The notes: generated by a model not told the origin, from the letters alone. Shown: positions 27,553-38,100, counted from the stretch's first letter. The stretch: DNA of 64,000 nt from Novosphingobium sp. (GCA_020848655.1 JADLHU010000115.1:11899-75898); one strand, 5' to 3'. Translations and numbers: made by a program.

Positions 27553-29820
27553 TCAGAACCCCGCCTTGATCGTGGCGAAGAACTGGCGCGGCGCGGCGAC
27601 CAGCAGTGTCTGGCGATCGCCGCTGTTGCCGGTGCCGCCCGAGTTGATCGTGCCGATGTACTGTTCGTCGAACAGGTTGCTGATGTTGAACTGCAGCTCG
27701 ATCTTGTCGGTGAAGCGATAGCCGAAAGCGGCATCGGCGACGAGGCGGGCGTCGACCGACTGGTCGTTGGTGTAGGTGAAATAGCGCTTCGACATGTAGT
27801 TGGCGGCGATGCGGCCGAAGGCCTTGCCATCGTCATAGCTCAGTTCGCCGCGCAGCATGTGCTTGGGCGCGTCGATCAGCGTCTTGCCCTTGATCGCGGC
27901 GGTCAGTTTGCCGGTAGCGTCGTAGACATCGTCGCGATAGGTCGCGTCGGTGTAGGTGTAGGACGCGAAGAGGCGGACGGATTCCGACAGCTTCAGGTCG
28001 CCCACGGCCTCGACGCCGATCGAACGGACCGAGCCGACATTCTGCAGGATCGACGGGCTGCCGACGATGCTGGCGCCGCTGGCCACGCTGAGCAGGCGAT
28101 CGTGGAAGTCCACCATGTAGCCGCCCAGCGAGCCGCTGAACGTGGAGGAGTGGTAGCGCAGGCCCAGTTCATAGGTATCGGACGTTTCCGGCTTGACCGT
28201 GTCCTTGATCGCGTCGAAGCCCTCCTGCGTCGTGCCGAACACGCCGCCGTTGACGCCGCCGAACGCGCGCATCGCCTGACTGAAGCTGGCGAACACTTCG
28301 CCCCTGTCGCCCAGGCCATAGACCAGCCCCACGCTCGGCTGGAACCAGTCCTGGGCCTTGATGCGGCCTTCGGGATAGACCGACTTGACGATGGCTTCGG
28401 CCCGGTTGGTGACCTTGAAGCCCTTCCAGCCGAGGTTGACCTTGAGCGCGCCCAGTTCGATCGCGTCCTGCACGCTGTATTGCAGCGTGTTGGTGGTGAA
28501 ATCGAAGTCCCACTGCGTGAAGAACGGATCGGTGGGGTAATCGCGGAAGCTGCGGCCGGCTTCCGTGCGGCTGGCCAGCGCATAGAAGCGGCGGGCCTGG
28601 TTGAACTTGGTGTGTTCGTACCAGCCGCCCACGGTGATCGTGTTGAAGCCCAGCGTGAAATCGGTCGATCCGAACGCGCCGTAGCGATCGATGTCATATT
28701 CGGTGGTGCGGATCGAGATCGGCGCGCCGGTGGGGCTGGGGACATAGGGCGTGCCCCACAGGCCCATGCCCTTGTTGTGGTGGTAATAACCCTTCAGCGC
28801 CACGTTCGCCGCTTCGCCCAGCGGCGACTTGAAGCCCAGCGCGGCCACGGTGTCCTTGCGCAGGCCCGAAGCGTCGTAATAGGCGTCGTCCGCCGACGTG
28901 TAGTTGCCCGGATAGACGGTGCCCGCCGCCGCGTTGGACACGGGTGCGCCGGTTTCGCTGCGGTTGTTGGCGATATCGGCCAATTGCACCGCCAGCGCAT
29001 AATCGGGATAGAGATTGTCCGCATCATAGCCGAGCCGCGCCAGCATGCTCAGCGACATGTCCTGATAATCCTGCTCGCGCCGGTCGGAATAGCTGAACCA
29101 GCCGTCGATCGTGGCGTCGCCCAGCGGCAGCACCGCCTTGGCGTTGACCATGTGCTGGTCCTGCGTGCCGTGGCCCTTGTACTTGTCGGTGGAGCCGTAG
29201 CCATAGGACACGAAGCCGCGCAGCCCCTGCTCGCCGCCGAAGTTCAGGCGGGCGAAGGCGCGGATCGTCTCGTCGCTGCCATAAGTGGCGTTGGCCTGCG
29301 CGCCGAAGCGGGGTTCGGGGTCGATCGAGAACGTCTCCATCGTGCCGCCCAGGTTGTTGGTCGCCTGCGTGAGCAGCGCGCCGGCGCCTTGCGAGACGCG
29401 CACCGAGGCGATGTTTTCGGGGCTGACGATGCGGCTGATGTGCAACCCGTTGTAGTTGCCATAGCTCATGTCGCCCAGCGGGATGCCGTCGAAGTTGAAG
29501 CCGATCTGGTTCTGGGTGAAGCTGCGGATGGTGACGCGGGTCGACCATTCGTAGTTGCCGAACGGATCGGAGGCCTGGATGTTGACGCTGGGCAGCCGTT
29601 CGATGGCGCGGATCGGGCTGGTGCCGGGCGTAAGGATCTGGATGGCTGCGGCGCCGACTTCCTGGACCTGGCGGGTCTGCCCCTGGCCAAGCACGACGAT
29701 GTCGCCGCCTTCGGCGGCATCGGCCGAAGCGCTGTCGGCATCGGCGGCGCCATCGGCGGCAAGCGCCGGCTGGGCCAGGAACGCGGTGGTGGCGAGCAAG
29801 GAAACGATAAGGCGACGCAT
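27553..29820 (-). CDS. TonB-dependent receptor
   Basis: Signal peptide from MRRLIV, 'DIVVLG', plug 'DGIPLGDMSYG', C-terminal 'KAGF'; 3 nt upstream of the phosphodiesterase. Confidence 0.93.
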   Translation of the reverse strand: MRRLIVSLLATTAFLAQPALAADGAADADSASADAAEGGDIVVLGQGQTRQVQEVGAAAIQILTPGTSPIRAIERLPSVNIQASDPFGNYEWSTRVTIRSFTQNQIGFNFDGIPLGDMSYGNYNGLHISRIVSPENIASVRVSQGAGALLTQATNNLGGTMETFSIDPEPRFGAQANATYGSDETIRAFARLNFGGEQGLRGFVSYGYGSTDKYKGHGTQDQHMVNAKAVLPLGDATIDGWFSYSDRREQDYQDMSLSMLARLGYDADNLYPDYALAVQLADIANNRSETGAPVSNAAAGTVYPGNYTSADDAYYDASGLRKDTVAALGFKSPLGEAANVALKGYYHHNKGMGLWGTPYVPSPTGAPISIRTTEYDIDRYGAFGSTDFTLGFNTITVGGWYEHTKFNQARRFYALASRTEAGRSFRDYPTDPFFTQWDFDFTTNTLQYSVQDAIELGALKVNLGWKGFKVTNRAEAIVKSVYPEGRIKAQDWFQPSVGLVYGLGDRGEVFASFSQAMRAFGGVNGGVFGTTQEGFDAIKDTVKPETSDTYELGLRYHSSTFSGSLGGYMVDFHDRLLSVASGASIVGSPSILQNVGSVRSIGVEAVGDLKLSESVRLFASYTYTDATYRDDVYDATGKLTAAIKGKTLIDAPKHMLRGELSYDDGKAFGRIAANYMSKRYFTYTNDQSVDARLVADAAFGYRFTDKIELQFNISNLFDEQYIGTINSGGTGNSGDRQTLLVAAPRQFFATIKAGF

Positions 29821-29871
29821 GATAACCCCCCTGGGTCGGTTGTTGTGGTGAGGGGCGATTAGGCCGCCGTT

Positions 29872-29933
29872 GTTACGGGCCGATGCCACTTGCGTGATGC
29901 ATCGGTGAAGATTCCAAGACGGCGGCGTGACCG
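29872..29933 (-). promoter_or_regulatory. Degenerate Pho half-site array
   Basis: Six 7-mers at exact 11-bp period on the minus strand: CGGTCAC, CCGTCTT, TCTTCAC, GCATCAC, GTGGCAT, CCGTAAC. Confidence 0.45.
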
Positions 29934-30029
29934 TAGGCTGACCGTCGGGTGTCAGGAAATCGTCATGATGCCCGGCTCGTCGTGTGAATCGTTGTTGCGG
30001 CGCAGCATGGATTGTCGCACAGTCGCCGG

Positions 30030-33000
30030 ATGATAAAGGCCGCGCTCCACCATCTGACGCGCTATCGGTACAACCGCCCCATCCGCTTGGGGCCACAGGT
30101 GATAAGGCTGCGCCCGGCGCCGCACAGCCGCACCGCCGTTCCCAATTATTCGCTGAAGATCAGCCCGGCGAATCACTTCCTGAACTGGCAGCAGGACCCG
30201 CACGGCAACTGGCTGGCGCGCGTCGTGTTTCCCGATCCGGTCGATCACTTCGCGATAGAGGTCGATCTGCTGGCCGAACTGGCGGTGATCAATCCGTTCG
30301 ATTTCTTCGTCGACCCGGAGGCGGAGGATTATCCCTTCGCCTATCCCGACATCCTGAAATCCGATCTCTCCGCCTATTTCGAGACCGAGCCGCAAGGCCC
30401 GCTGTTCGAAGCGCTGGTGGCCGAACATGCCGGTTACGCCGGGCGCACGGTCGATTTCCTGGTCGAGATCAACCGCCGCCTGAACGAGCGGATCAACTAT
30501 GTGATCCGCATGGAATCGGGCGTGATGACGCCCGAGGAAACGCTGGGCGTGGGCATCGGATCGTGCCGCGATTCGGCGTGGCTGCTGGTGCAACTGCTGC
30601 GGCGGCTGGGCTTCGCGGCGCGGTTCGTTTCGGGCTATTCGATCCAGCTCGTCGCCGACGTGATCCCGGTCGAAGGGCCGAAGGGCGTCAGCGAGGACGT
30701 GACCGACCTGCACGCCTGGGCCGAAGCCTATGTGCCCGGCGCGGGCTGGATCGCGCTCGATGCCACGTCGGGGATGTTCGCGGGCGAAGGCCATATCCCG
30801 CTGGCGGCGACGCCGCACTATCGCTCGGCCACGCCGATCGAAGGGCTGGCCGAACCCGCCGAAGTCGATTTCGCGTTCGAGATGGACGTGTCGCGCATCG
30901 CCGAGGCCGTGCGCATCACCAAGCCGTTCACCGAACAGCGCTGGCAGGCCCTGCTGGAGCTGGGCGACAAGGTGGACGCCGATCTGGCGGCCGGCGACGT
31001 GCGGCTGACCATGGGCGGCGAGCCGACATTCATCGCCGATACCGATTTCGATGCGCCCGAATGGAACGGCGAGGCGGTTGGCCCCACCAAGTCCGCCTAT
31101 GCCGACCGGTTGATCCGCCTGCTGCGCGAAAAGTTCGCGCCCGGATCGCTGCTGCACCACGGGCAGGGCAAATGGTATCCGGGCGAAAGCCTGCCGCGCT
31201 GGGGCTATTCGATCTACTGGCGCAAGGACGGCGTGCCGATCTGGCGCGATCCGGCGCTGATCGCGGGCGAAAAGCCGCAAGTGAAAGACGCCGACGCGCT
31301 GCCGCCCGAACTCGACGTGGGCCTGGCCGAAACCTTGATGCGCGAAACGGCGGGCATCCTTGGGCTTGAGGACGATTTCGTCCAGCCGGTCTATGAAGAC
31401 GCGGTGGAATGGATCCTCAAGGAAGGGGAACTGCCCGAAAACACCAGCCCGCTCGATCCCAAGCTGGACGATCCCGAGGAACGCCAGCGCTTCATGCGCA
31501 CGTTCGGGCGCGGGCTGACGCGGCCGGTGGGCTATGTGCTGCCGGTGCAGCGCTGGAATTCGGCCGACCAGTCGATCCCGCGCTGGAAAAGCGAACAGTG
31601 GAAAGTGCGGCGCGGCGTGCTGTTCGCGGTGCCGGGCGATAGCGCGCTGGGCTATCGCCTGCCGCTGGGTTCGCTGCCTTACGTGCCGCCTTCGGACTAC
31701 CCCTATATCCACCCGCGCGACACGGCGGAGCCGCGCGGCCCGCTGGCCGATTACCGCGAACAGGCGATCGAGCGCGGGGTGGACGTGCGCGAGGCCACCG
31801 CGCCCGCCGCGCAGCGCTCAGAACGAGTTGAAGGCCCGGCCGGCGCCGCGCAGGAGCGGGTAGAGCAGCACATCATCGAAGGCGCGGTGCGCACCGCGAT
31901 CACGGTGGAGCCGCGCGGAGACTTTCTTTCGGTGTTCATCCCGCCGGTGGAAGCGCTGGAGGATTACCTTGAACTGATCGCCGCGATCGAGGCCGTGGCC
32001 GAGGCGCACAAGCTGCCGGTGCGGATCGAAGGCTATCCGCCGCCGCCCGATCCGCGCCTGATCGTGCTGAAGATCACGCCCGATCCCGGCGTGATCGAAG
32101 TGAACATCCACCCGGCGGCAAGCTGGCGCGAATCGGTGTTCATCACCGAAACGCTCTATGACTGCGCGCGCGAAAGCGGGCTGACCGCCGACAAGTTCAT
32201 GGTCGATGGCCGATCGATCGGCACGGGCGGGGGCAATCACATCGTGCTGGGCGGGCCAAGCCTGCTCGATTCGCCGTTCATCCGCCGGCCCGACCTGCTC
32301 AAGAGCTTCGTGATCTACTGGCAGCGCCATCCCGCGCTCAGCTATCTGTTTTCGGGGCTGTTCATCGGCCCGACCAGCCAGGCCCCGCGCATCGACGAGG
32401 CGCGGCACGACAGCATCTACGAACTGGAAGTGGCGCTGGCGCAAGTGCCTGGCCCCGATCAGGCGCAGCCGCCGCCCTGGGTGGTCGATCGCCTGTTCCG
32501 CAACCTGCTGGTCGACGTGACGGGCAACACCCACCGCACCGAAATCTGCATCGACAAGCTGTTCTCGCCCGATGGGCCGACCGGGCGTCTCGGCCTCGTC
32601 GAGTTTCGCGGCTTCGAGATGCCGCCAGACGCCAAGATGTCTCTCGCCCAGCAATTGCTGCTGCGCGCTCTGACCGCGTGGTTCTGGAAACAGCCGCTCG
32701 ATGGCGGGCTGGTGCGCTGGGGCACGGCACTGCACGACCGGTTCATGCTGCCGCACTTCGTGTGGTCCGATTTCCTCGACGTGCTGGAAGACTTGCGGCA
32801 CGCCGGATACGATTTCGATCCGGTGTGGTTCGAGGCGCAGCGCCAGTTCCGCTTTCCCGTGCATGGCGCGGTCGAAGGCGGCGGGGTCTCGCTGGAAATC
32901 AGCCATGCGCTGGAACCGTGGAACGTGCTGGGCGAAACCGGCGCGATCGGCGGCACCGTGCGCTATGTCGACAGTTCGACCGAACGCCTGCAAGTGCGCG

Positions 33001-33404
33001 CCACGGGGCTGGTTCCCGGCCGCCACATCATCGCCTGCAACGGGCGCCGCGTGCCGCTGATCCCGGCCGGCGCGCCGGGCGAGGCGGTGGGCGGCGTGCG
33101 CTACAAGGCCTGGGCGCCGGCCAATTGCCTGCACCCGATGATGCCCGCGCACGCACCGCTGACGTTCGACATCCTGGACGCGTGGAACGGCCGCTCGCTG
33201 GGCGGCTGCGTCTATCATGTGGCGCATCCGGGTGGGCGCAACTATGATGACGTTCCGGTCAACGGCTATGAAGCCGAAGCCCGGCGCAAGGCCCGGTTCC
33301 AGGACTATGGCCATTCGCCGGGGCCACAGCAGATGCCGGCCGAGGAACTGGTGGGGGAATTCCCGATGTCGCTCGATCTTCGCCGGCCCGCGCGCGCGGG
33401 CTAG
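30030..33404 (+). CDS. Transglutaminase-like protein fused to DUF2126 putative amidoligase
   Basis: 'H.TRY.Y..RLRP', triad GSCRD / DLHAW / ALDAT, then 'TMGGEPTF', 'DPGVIEVN', 'GTGGGNH', '[11 protein letters not shown]'. Confidence 0.9.
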   Translation: MIKAALHHLTRYRYNRPIRLGPQVIRLRPAPHSRTAVPNYSLKISPANHFLNWQQDPHGNWLARVVFPDPVDHFAIEVDLLAELAVINPFDFFVDPEAEDYPFAYPDILKSDLSAYFETEPQGPLFEALVAEHAGYAGRTVDFLVEINRRLNERINYVIRMESGVMTPEETLGVGIGSCRDSAWLLVQLLRRLGFAARFVSGYSIQLVADVIPVEGPKGVSEDVTDLHAWAEAYVPGAGWIALDATSGMFAGEGHIPLAATPHYRSATPIEGLAEPAEVDFAFEMDVSRIAEAVRITKPFTEQRWQALLELGDKVDADLAAGDVRLTMGGEPTFIADTDFDAPEWNGEAVGPTKSAYADRLIRLLREKFAPGSLLHHGQGKWYPGESLPRWGYSIYWRKDGVPIWRDPALIAGEKPQVKDADALPPELDVGLAETLMRETAGILGLEDDFVQPVYEDAVEWILKEGELPENTSPLDPKLDDPEERQRFMRTFGRGLTRPVGYVLPVQRWNSADQSIPRWKSEQWKVRRGVLFAVPGDSALGYRLPLGSLPYVPPSDYPYIHPRDTAEPRGPLADYREQAIERGVDVREATAPAAQRSERVEGPAGAAQERVEQHIIEGAVRTAITVEPRGDFLSVFIPPVEALEDYLELIAAIEAVAEAHKLPVRIEGYPPPPDPRLIVLKITPDPGVIEVNIHPAASWRESVFITETLYDCARESGLTADKFMVDGRSIGTGGGNHIVLGGPSLLDSPFIRRPDLLKSFVIYWQRHPALSYLFSGLFIGPTSQAPRIDEARHDSIYELEVALAQVPGPDQAQPPPWVVDRLFRNLLVDVTGNTHRTEICIDKLFSPDGPTGRLGLVEFRGFEMPPDAKMSLAQQLLLRALTAWFWKQPLDGGLVRWGTALHDRFMLPHFVWSDFLDVLEDLRHAGYDFDPVWFEAQRQFRFPVHGAVEGGGVSLEISHALEPWNVLGETGAIGGTVRYVDSSTERLQVRATGLVPGRHIIACNGRRVPLIPAGAPGEAVGGVRYKAWAPANCLHPMMPAHAPLTFDILDAWNGRSLGGCVYHVAHPGGRNYDDVPVNGYEAEARRKARFQDYGHSPGPQQMPAEELVGEFPMSLDLRRPARAG

Positions 33405-33424
33405 GACATTGGGGGGCTGATCGC

Positions 33425-35911
33425 GTGGGGGGCAATCCCGATCCGGTGCCGGCTTCGCCGGACAGGCTGGCCTGCTATCCGGTCGATGTCGGCGGCGGCG
33501 ACCTGTATCTTGGCGCTTCGGCGGCGGTGGCGCAGAAGTGGCGGGTGATGGCCAGCGGCCTTGGCGCGCTGTCCGAAGGCGGCGCTTCGTCGATCCAGGA
33601 CCAGGTGGCGCGCCAGATCGTCGACCTGGGCATGACCTTTCGCATCACCGGCGACGACGAGGAACGCAACTGGCCGCTGACGCCGATGCCGCTGATCATC
33701 GGCGCCGATGAATGGGCGCATGTCGAACGCGGGCTGATCCAGCGCGCATCGCTGCTCGAAAAGCTGGCCGCCGATGTCTATGGCCCGCAGACGCTGGTGG
33801 CCGAAGGGCACCTGCCCGCCGCCAGCATCGCCGGCAGCCGCTATTTCGCGCGCAAGATGCTGGGCGTCCAGCCCGCCAGCGGGCACTTCATCCACGTCTA
33901 TGCTGTTGATCTGGCGCGGGGCCCGCGCGGCCAATGGCGCGTGCTGGGCGATCGGCTGCGGCTGGCCAACGGCATCGGCTATGCGCTGGAAAACCGGCTG
34001 GCGCTGTCGCGCAGCGCCGGGGCGCTGCTGTCGGATATCCACGCCCGCCGGCTCGCCCGCTTCTTTGCCGACTTGCGCGAAGGCATCGCCGGCGATTGCC
34101 ACCGCGACCGGCCGCGCATCGCGCTGCTGACCCCCGGCCGCTTCAACCAGAGCTATCCCGAACAGGCGCATCTTGCGCGCTACCTGGGCCTGCCGCTGGT
34201 CGAAGGGCGCGACCTGACGGTCAGCGACGACCGGCTCTACGTGCGCACCATCGCCGGGCCGAAGCGCATCGACGCGGTGTGGCGCTGGATCGATACCAAC
34301 GCGCTCGATCCGATGAGCTTCGATTCGCGCAGCGAGATCGGCGTGGCCAACCTGTTCGACGCATGGTCGCGCGGGGGGCTGGAAATCGCCAACTGGCCGG
34401 GCGTGGAAGTGCTCGAATCGCGCGCTTTTTCGGCCTTCCTGCCGCGCTTGTGCGGGCGGCTCCTGGGCGAAACCCCGATCCTGCCCAATATCGCCACGTG
34501 GTGGTGCGGCCAGGCCGAGGAAGCCAGCGTGGTGCGCGAACGGTTCGATGAACTGGTCATCGCGCCCGCCTTCGGCCAGCAGGTCGAAGGGCTGGACGGG
34601 CTGGAGCCGCGCGCCGGGGCCAGCTTCAGCCCGGCCGAGCGCGCCGCGCTGCTCGAAGCGATGCGGCTTCGCCCGATGGACTATTGCGGGCAGGAAATCG
34701 TCCACCTTTCCACCACGCCCGCGATGATCGGCGATGATCTGGTGCCGCGCCCGTTCACCTTGCGCGCGTTCGTGGCGCGTTCGGCCGATGGCGGCTGGAC
34801 GGTGATGCCCGGCGGCTTCGCGCGCCTTTCGTCCAGCGGCGAACTGCTGACGTCGTTGATGGGCGAGGGCGATCTTTCGGCCGATGTCTGCATCGTCGAC
34901 GACGCACCCGAGCCGCACCATTCTGCCACCGTGCTGGGCGAAGTGCCCGCGATCCGGCGCGGCGGCGGCATCCTGGCCAGCCAGGCGGCGGACAACCTGT
35001 TCTGGTTCGGCCGCTATTGCGAACGCGCGGAAATGACCGTGCGCATCGTCCGCTCGATCCTGGGCAGTTCGATCGAGGTCGATGGCGGTTCGGATCGCGA
35101 TGCCCAGGTGCGCGGCAGCCTGGCGCGCATCCTGTACTTGTGGGGCGCGATCAGCGCCAAGACCGCCGCGCTGCCGTTCCCCGCCGTCTGCGCCGCCGCC
35201 TTGTCCGAAAGCGAGCTGCCGGGCGGCGTCGCCGCGCTGATGCGGCAAAGCCACGCGGTGGGCCTCAGCCTGCGCGAACGCTTCGCCCGCGATTTCTGGC
35301 GGATCGTGCAGCGCCCGATGGCGCGCATCGATCCCGATCGGCCGCATTCGATGCTGGGCGTGGCGATGGGGCTGATCGAGCATTTCGGCGCGCTTTCGGG
35401 CCTGATCGCGGAAAACATGGTGCGCGGCCCGGCCTGGCGCTTCCTCGAAATCGGGCACCGGCTGGAACGCGCGCTGTCGATCTGCCGGATCACGCGCCAG
35501 CTTTCCACGCACGGCGATCCGTCCGATGCGCTGGGCGCGCTGCTCGACTTGTGCGACAGCCAGATCGTCTACCGCTCGCGCTACCTGACCGCGCCCTTGC
35601 GCAATCCGGTGTTCGACCTGATCCTGCTCGATGGCGACAATCCGCGCTCGCTGGTGTTCCAGGTCCGCGCGATCAACGAACACATCGAGGCGCTGCCCGC
35701 GCTGACCGAGGACAACGTGCCCGAACGGCAACTGCTCGATGCCCGCGCCATCCTGGCCCCGTTGCAGAGCCTGACCGCCGAGGCCATCACCGACGAGCAC
35801 CTGCGCGATATCGAAACGCGGCTGCTGGGTCTGTCCGATTCGATCTCGGCGCGCTATTTCCTCCAGTTCGAAAAGCTGGAAGACAGGACGAACAGCAGCT
35901 TGCTGGCATGA
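33425..35911 (+). CDS. Circularly permuted type 2 ATP-grasp protein fused to an alpha-E (DUF403) domain
   Basis: 'GIGYALENR', 'LLTPG', 'LVEG.DL', 'MPGG.AR', then 'W.GRY.ERAE', 'G.RLERA', 'NPRS'. Confidence 0.9.
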   Translation: MGGNPDPVPASPDRLACYPVDVGGGDLYLGASAAVAQKWRVMASGLGALSEGGASSIQDQVARQIVDLGMTFRITGDDEERNWPLTPMPLIIGADEWAHVERGLIQRASLLEKLAADVYGPQTLVAEGHLPAASIAGSRYFARKMLGVQPASGHFIHVYAVDLARGPRGQWRVLGDRLRLANGIGYALENRLALSRSAGALLSDIHARRLARFFADLREGIAGDCHRDRPRIALLTPGRFNQSYPEQAHLARYLGLPLVEGRDLTVSDDRLYVRTIAGPKRIDAVWRWIDTNALDPMSFDSRSEIGVANLFDAWSRGGLEIANWPGVEVLESRAFSAFLPRLCGRLLGETPILPNIATWWCGQAEEASVVRERFDELVIAPAFGQQVEGLDGLEPRAGASFSPAERAALLEAMRLRPMDYCGQEIVHLSTTPAMIGDDLVPRPFTLRAFVARSADGGWTVMPGGFARLSSSGELLTSLMGEGDLSADVCIVDDAPEPHHSATVLGEVPAIRRGGGILASQAADNLFWFGRYCERAEMTVRIVRSILGSSIEVDGGSDRDAQVRGSLARILYLWGAISAKTAALPFPAVCAAALSESELPGGVAALMRQSHAVGLSLRERFARDFWRIVQRPMARIDPDRPHSMLGVAMGLIEHFGALSGLIAENMVRGPAWRFLEIGHRLERALSICRITRQLSTHGDPSDALGALLDLCDSQIVYRSRYLTAPLRNPVFDLILLDGDNPRSLVFQVRAINEHIEALPALTEDNVPERQLLDARAILAPLQSLTAEAITDEHLRDIETRLLGLSDSISARYFLQFEKLEDRTNSSLLA

Positions 35912-36795
35912 TCTACGCCGTCACCCACAAGACCACGATCCAGTATGCGGGTCTGGTCCGCCTTGCGCAGTTCAACCTCCGCTTGAAGCCGGCGGCGGCG
36001 CGCAGCCAGGTCGTCAGCGACTATCGCCTCACCGTCGATCCGGTGCCGTGGGCCCGGCAGGACGAGGCAGGGGCCTATATCGTCAACGAAACCCGGCTGA
36101 CGCTGCGCGATCCGATCGCGCGGCTGCGGATCGACAGCAGCTTCACCGTGGACGTGCTGCCCCCGCCCGTCGATTACGCGACGATCGCCAGCCCGACGGT
36201 GGCCGAAATCCGTGATCGCGCGCTGATGCGGCCCGATCTGGGCGCGGACAGCCCGGCTTCGTACCTTTTCGCCTCGCCGATCGCCGCGCCCGCGCCCGAA
36301 ATCGCGGCCTGGGCGCGCCGCTTCATCGCCGATGACACGCCGGTAATCGATGTCGGCCGCGCGCTGATGGCAGTGATCCACGCCGAATTCCGCTATGACA
36401 GCGACGCCACCAAGACCGATACGCGCCCGATCGAGGCGTTCCGCCAGCGCCATGGCGTGTGCCAGGACTTCACCCATGTGATGATCGTCGCGGCGCGCGC
36501 CTATGGCATTCCGGCGGCCTATGTCAGCGGCTACTTGCGCACGCTGCCGCCGCCGGGGCGGCCGCGGCTGGTCGGCGCGGATGCGATGCACGCCTGGGCG
36601 GCGCTGTGGTGCGGCGACGAGCTGGGCTGGATCGGCTTCGACCCCACCAACGATGCCTTCGCGCGCACCGATCACATCTTCGTGGCGATGGGCCGCGATT
36701 ACAGCGATGTCGCGCCGCTGGCCGGCTCGTTCCGGGGCGGGGCGGGGCAGGCGATGCAGGTCGCGGTCGATGTCGCGCCGCTGGAACCGGCCTGA
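35908..36795 (+). CDS. Transglutaminase family protein
   Basis: 'GVCQDF.H', 'YVSGYL', 'HAW', 'GFDPTN', 'GRDYSDV.P'; ATGA coupling. Confidence 0.92.
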   Translation: MIYAVTHKTTIQYAGLVRLAQFNLRLKPAAARSQVVSDYRLTVDPVPWARQDEAGAYIVNETRLTLRDPIARLRIDSSFTVDVLPPPVDYATIASPTVAEIRDRALMRPDLGADSPASYLFASPIAAPAPEIAAWARRFIADDTPVIDVGRALMAVIHAEFRYDSDATKTDTRPIEAFRQRHGVCQDFTHVMIVAARAYGIPAAYVSGYLRTLPPPGRPRLVGADAMHAWAALWCGDELGWIGFDPTNDAFARTDHIFVAMGRDYSDVAPLAGSFRGGAGQAMQVAVDVAPLEPA

Positions 36796-36804
36796 CGCGC
36801 GGCG

Positions 36805-36832
36805 CTTGCCAGGATCGGCGCGCGTCCCATAT
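36805..36832 (+). promoter_or_regulatory. Possible RpoH-type promoter for dps
   Basis: CTTGCC-N15-CCCATAT. Confidence 0.45.
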
Positions 36833-36882
36833 CGTGCAAGGCACGCCAGCGACCCGTGCCGGGCCGAACAAAGGAGCATCAC

Positions 36883-37368
36883 GTGGGCAAGAAATCTCAG
36901 AGCATCAACATCGGTCTGTCGGAAAAGCAGCGCGAGGCCATTTCCGATGGCCTGTCGCACCTTCTGGCCGACAGTTACACGCTCTACCTGATGACGCACA
37001 ACTTCCACTGGAACGTCACGGGGCCGATGTTCAACACGCTGCACGTGATGTTCATGCAGCAGTACACCGAACAGTGGGCGGCGCTGGACCTGATCGCCGA
37101 GCGCATCCGCGCGCTGGGCTTCCCCGCGCCGGGCACCTACGCCGAATTCGCCAAGCTGGCGTCGATCAAGGAAGTGGGCGGCGTGCCCAAGGCGCTGGAA
37201 ATGGTGCGCCACCTGGTCGATGCGCAGGAAGCCACCGCGCGCACCGCGCGCCACTTGTTCACGATCACCGATGAAGCCAACGACCAGCCCACCGCCGACC
37301 TGCTGACCCAGCGGCTCGACGTGCACGAAAAGACCGCGTGGATGCTGCGCAGCCTGCTGGAGGACTGA
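36883..37368 (+). CDS. dps: Dps family DNA-protection/ferritin-like protein
   Basis: '[13 protein letters not shown]', 'D.IAER', 'HEKTAWML'; AAGGAG RBS before GTG. Confidence 0.95.
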   Translation: MGKKSQSINIGLSEKQREAISDGLSHLLADSYTLYLMTHNFHWNVTGPMFNTLHVMFMQQYTEQWAALDLIAERIRALGFPAPGTYAEFAKLASIKEVGGVPKALEMVRHLVDAQEATARTARHLFTITDEANDQPTADLLTQRLDVHEKTAWMLRSLLED

Positions 37369-37370
37369 TC

Positions 37371-37461
37371 CTAGAGTGCATCAAAAGCTGCACTCTAGAT
37401 CCTTGTTTTTCCGTGATTTCCGAGCCGCCAGATGATTTCATCTGGCTCGAAATCACTCTAA
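37371..37461. repeat. CIR/Bru-RS-like palindromic intergenic repeat (MITE-like)
   Basis: CTAGAG...CTCTAA ends; hairpins CTAGAGTGCA-N8-TGCACTCTAG and GTGATTTC..CCAGATGA-TT-TCATCTGG..GAAATCAC separated by TTGTTTTT. Confidence 0.6.
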
Positions 37462-37922
37462 CCCGCCGATCCGGCGCGGGGCGTTGGTTCTGGCAACCAC
37501 GCGCCGCGCGTCGGAAGGATGCGCGCGGTTTCCATCACGCGCGCCAGCGTCGCCAGCGCCTCGATCATGTCGCCGATCGCGTCGTCCTCGACCAGCAGCC
37601 CCAGCGTATCGGTCACCACTTCCGGCCGGTCATCGTGCAGCGAGCACAGCAGGCTGATGATGATCGCCTCGTGCTCTGAAACGTGATTGCAGCCCAGCGC
37701 GCAAAAGTGGAATGTTTCCAGCCCCTTGCGATTGAACAGCGCCATCGTGCGCAGGAACGGCTGCAACCCGGCGATCACCCGCCACCGGGCAAAGCCCAGA
37801 CCCAGCACGCTGGCCGGGCAGGCGCGCATGCTCATCGCGCTGACCCAACTGCGCATCGCCCAGACCAGGAAACGCCCGCCCGGGTCCAGGCTGTTCACGG
37901 GACGATCGATGAAATCATACAT
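37458..37922 (-). CDS. Hypothetical Cys/His-containing protein
   Basis: GGAGAG RBS, plausible globular composition, 'RACP' and 'CALGCNHVSEHE'. Confidence 0.75.
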   Translation of the reverse strand: MYDFIDRPVNSLDPGGRFLVWAMRSWVSAMSMRACPASVLGLGFARWRVIAGLQPFLRTMALFNRKGLETFHFCALGCNHVSEHEAIIISLLCSLHDDRPEVVTDTLGLLVEDDAIGDMIEALATLARVMETARILPTRGAWLPEPTPRAGSAG

Positions 37923-37958
37923 GGCTGCTCTCCAGAATCGGTTGCGATCCGTCTGAAT

Positions 37959-37991
37959 TGTTATTGCAAATGATAGTGAATCGCAATAACA
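37959..37991. promoter_or_regulatory. Fur/iron-box-like operator
   Basis: AT-rich TGTTATTGC-N15-GCAATAACA palindrome containing AATGATAGTGAATCGCAAT. Confidence 0.55.
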
Positions 37992-38100
37992 GTGTGAGCG
38001 CAGCAGGTGTAATATCCCTTTCGCCCGCTGTTTGGCTCATGCCAGTCTCTCTCCCCTCCTTTGCCGGGGCTGCCTTCGGGCGGCTCCGGCGCTTTTCGGG

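Noticed and set aside
26068-29862. 1264-aa plus-strand ORF
   Set aside because: Antisense shadow of the TonB receptor and phosphodiesterase; long stop-free frames are expected in high-GC DNA and it has no recognisable motifs.
35017-35907. N-terminal extension of the second transglutaminase (592-aa ORF)
   Set aside because: Overlaps the alpha-E coding region; the true start is the ATGA overlap at 35908.
37915-38040. 41-codon minus-strand ORF with a purine-rich upstream sequence
   Set aside because: Runs through the palindromic operator, has atypical AT-rich codons and no other support.
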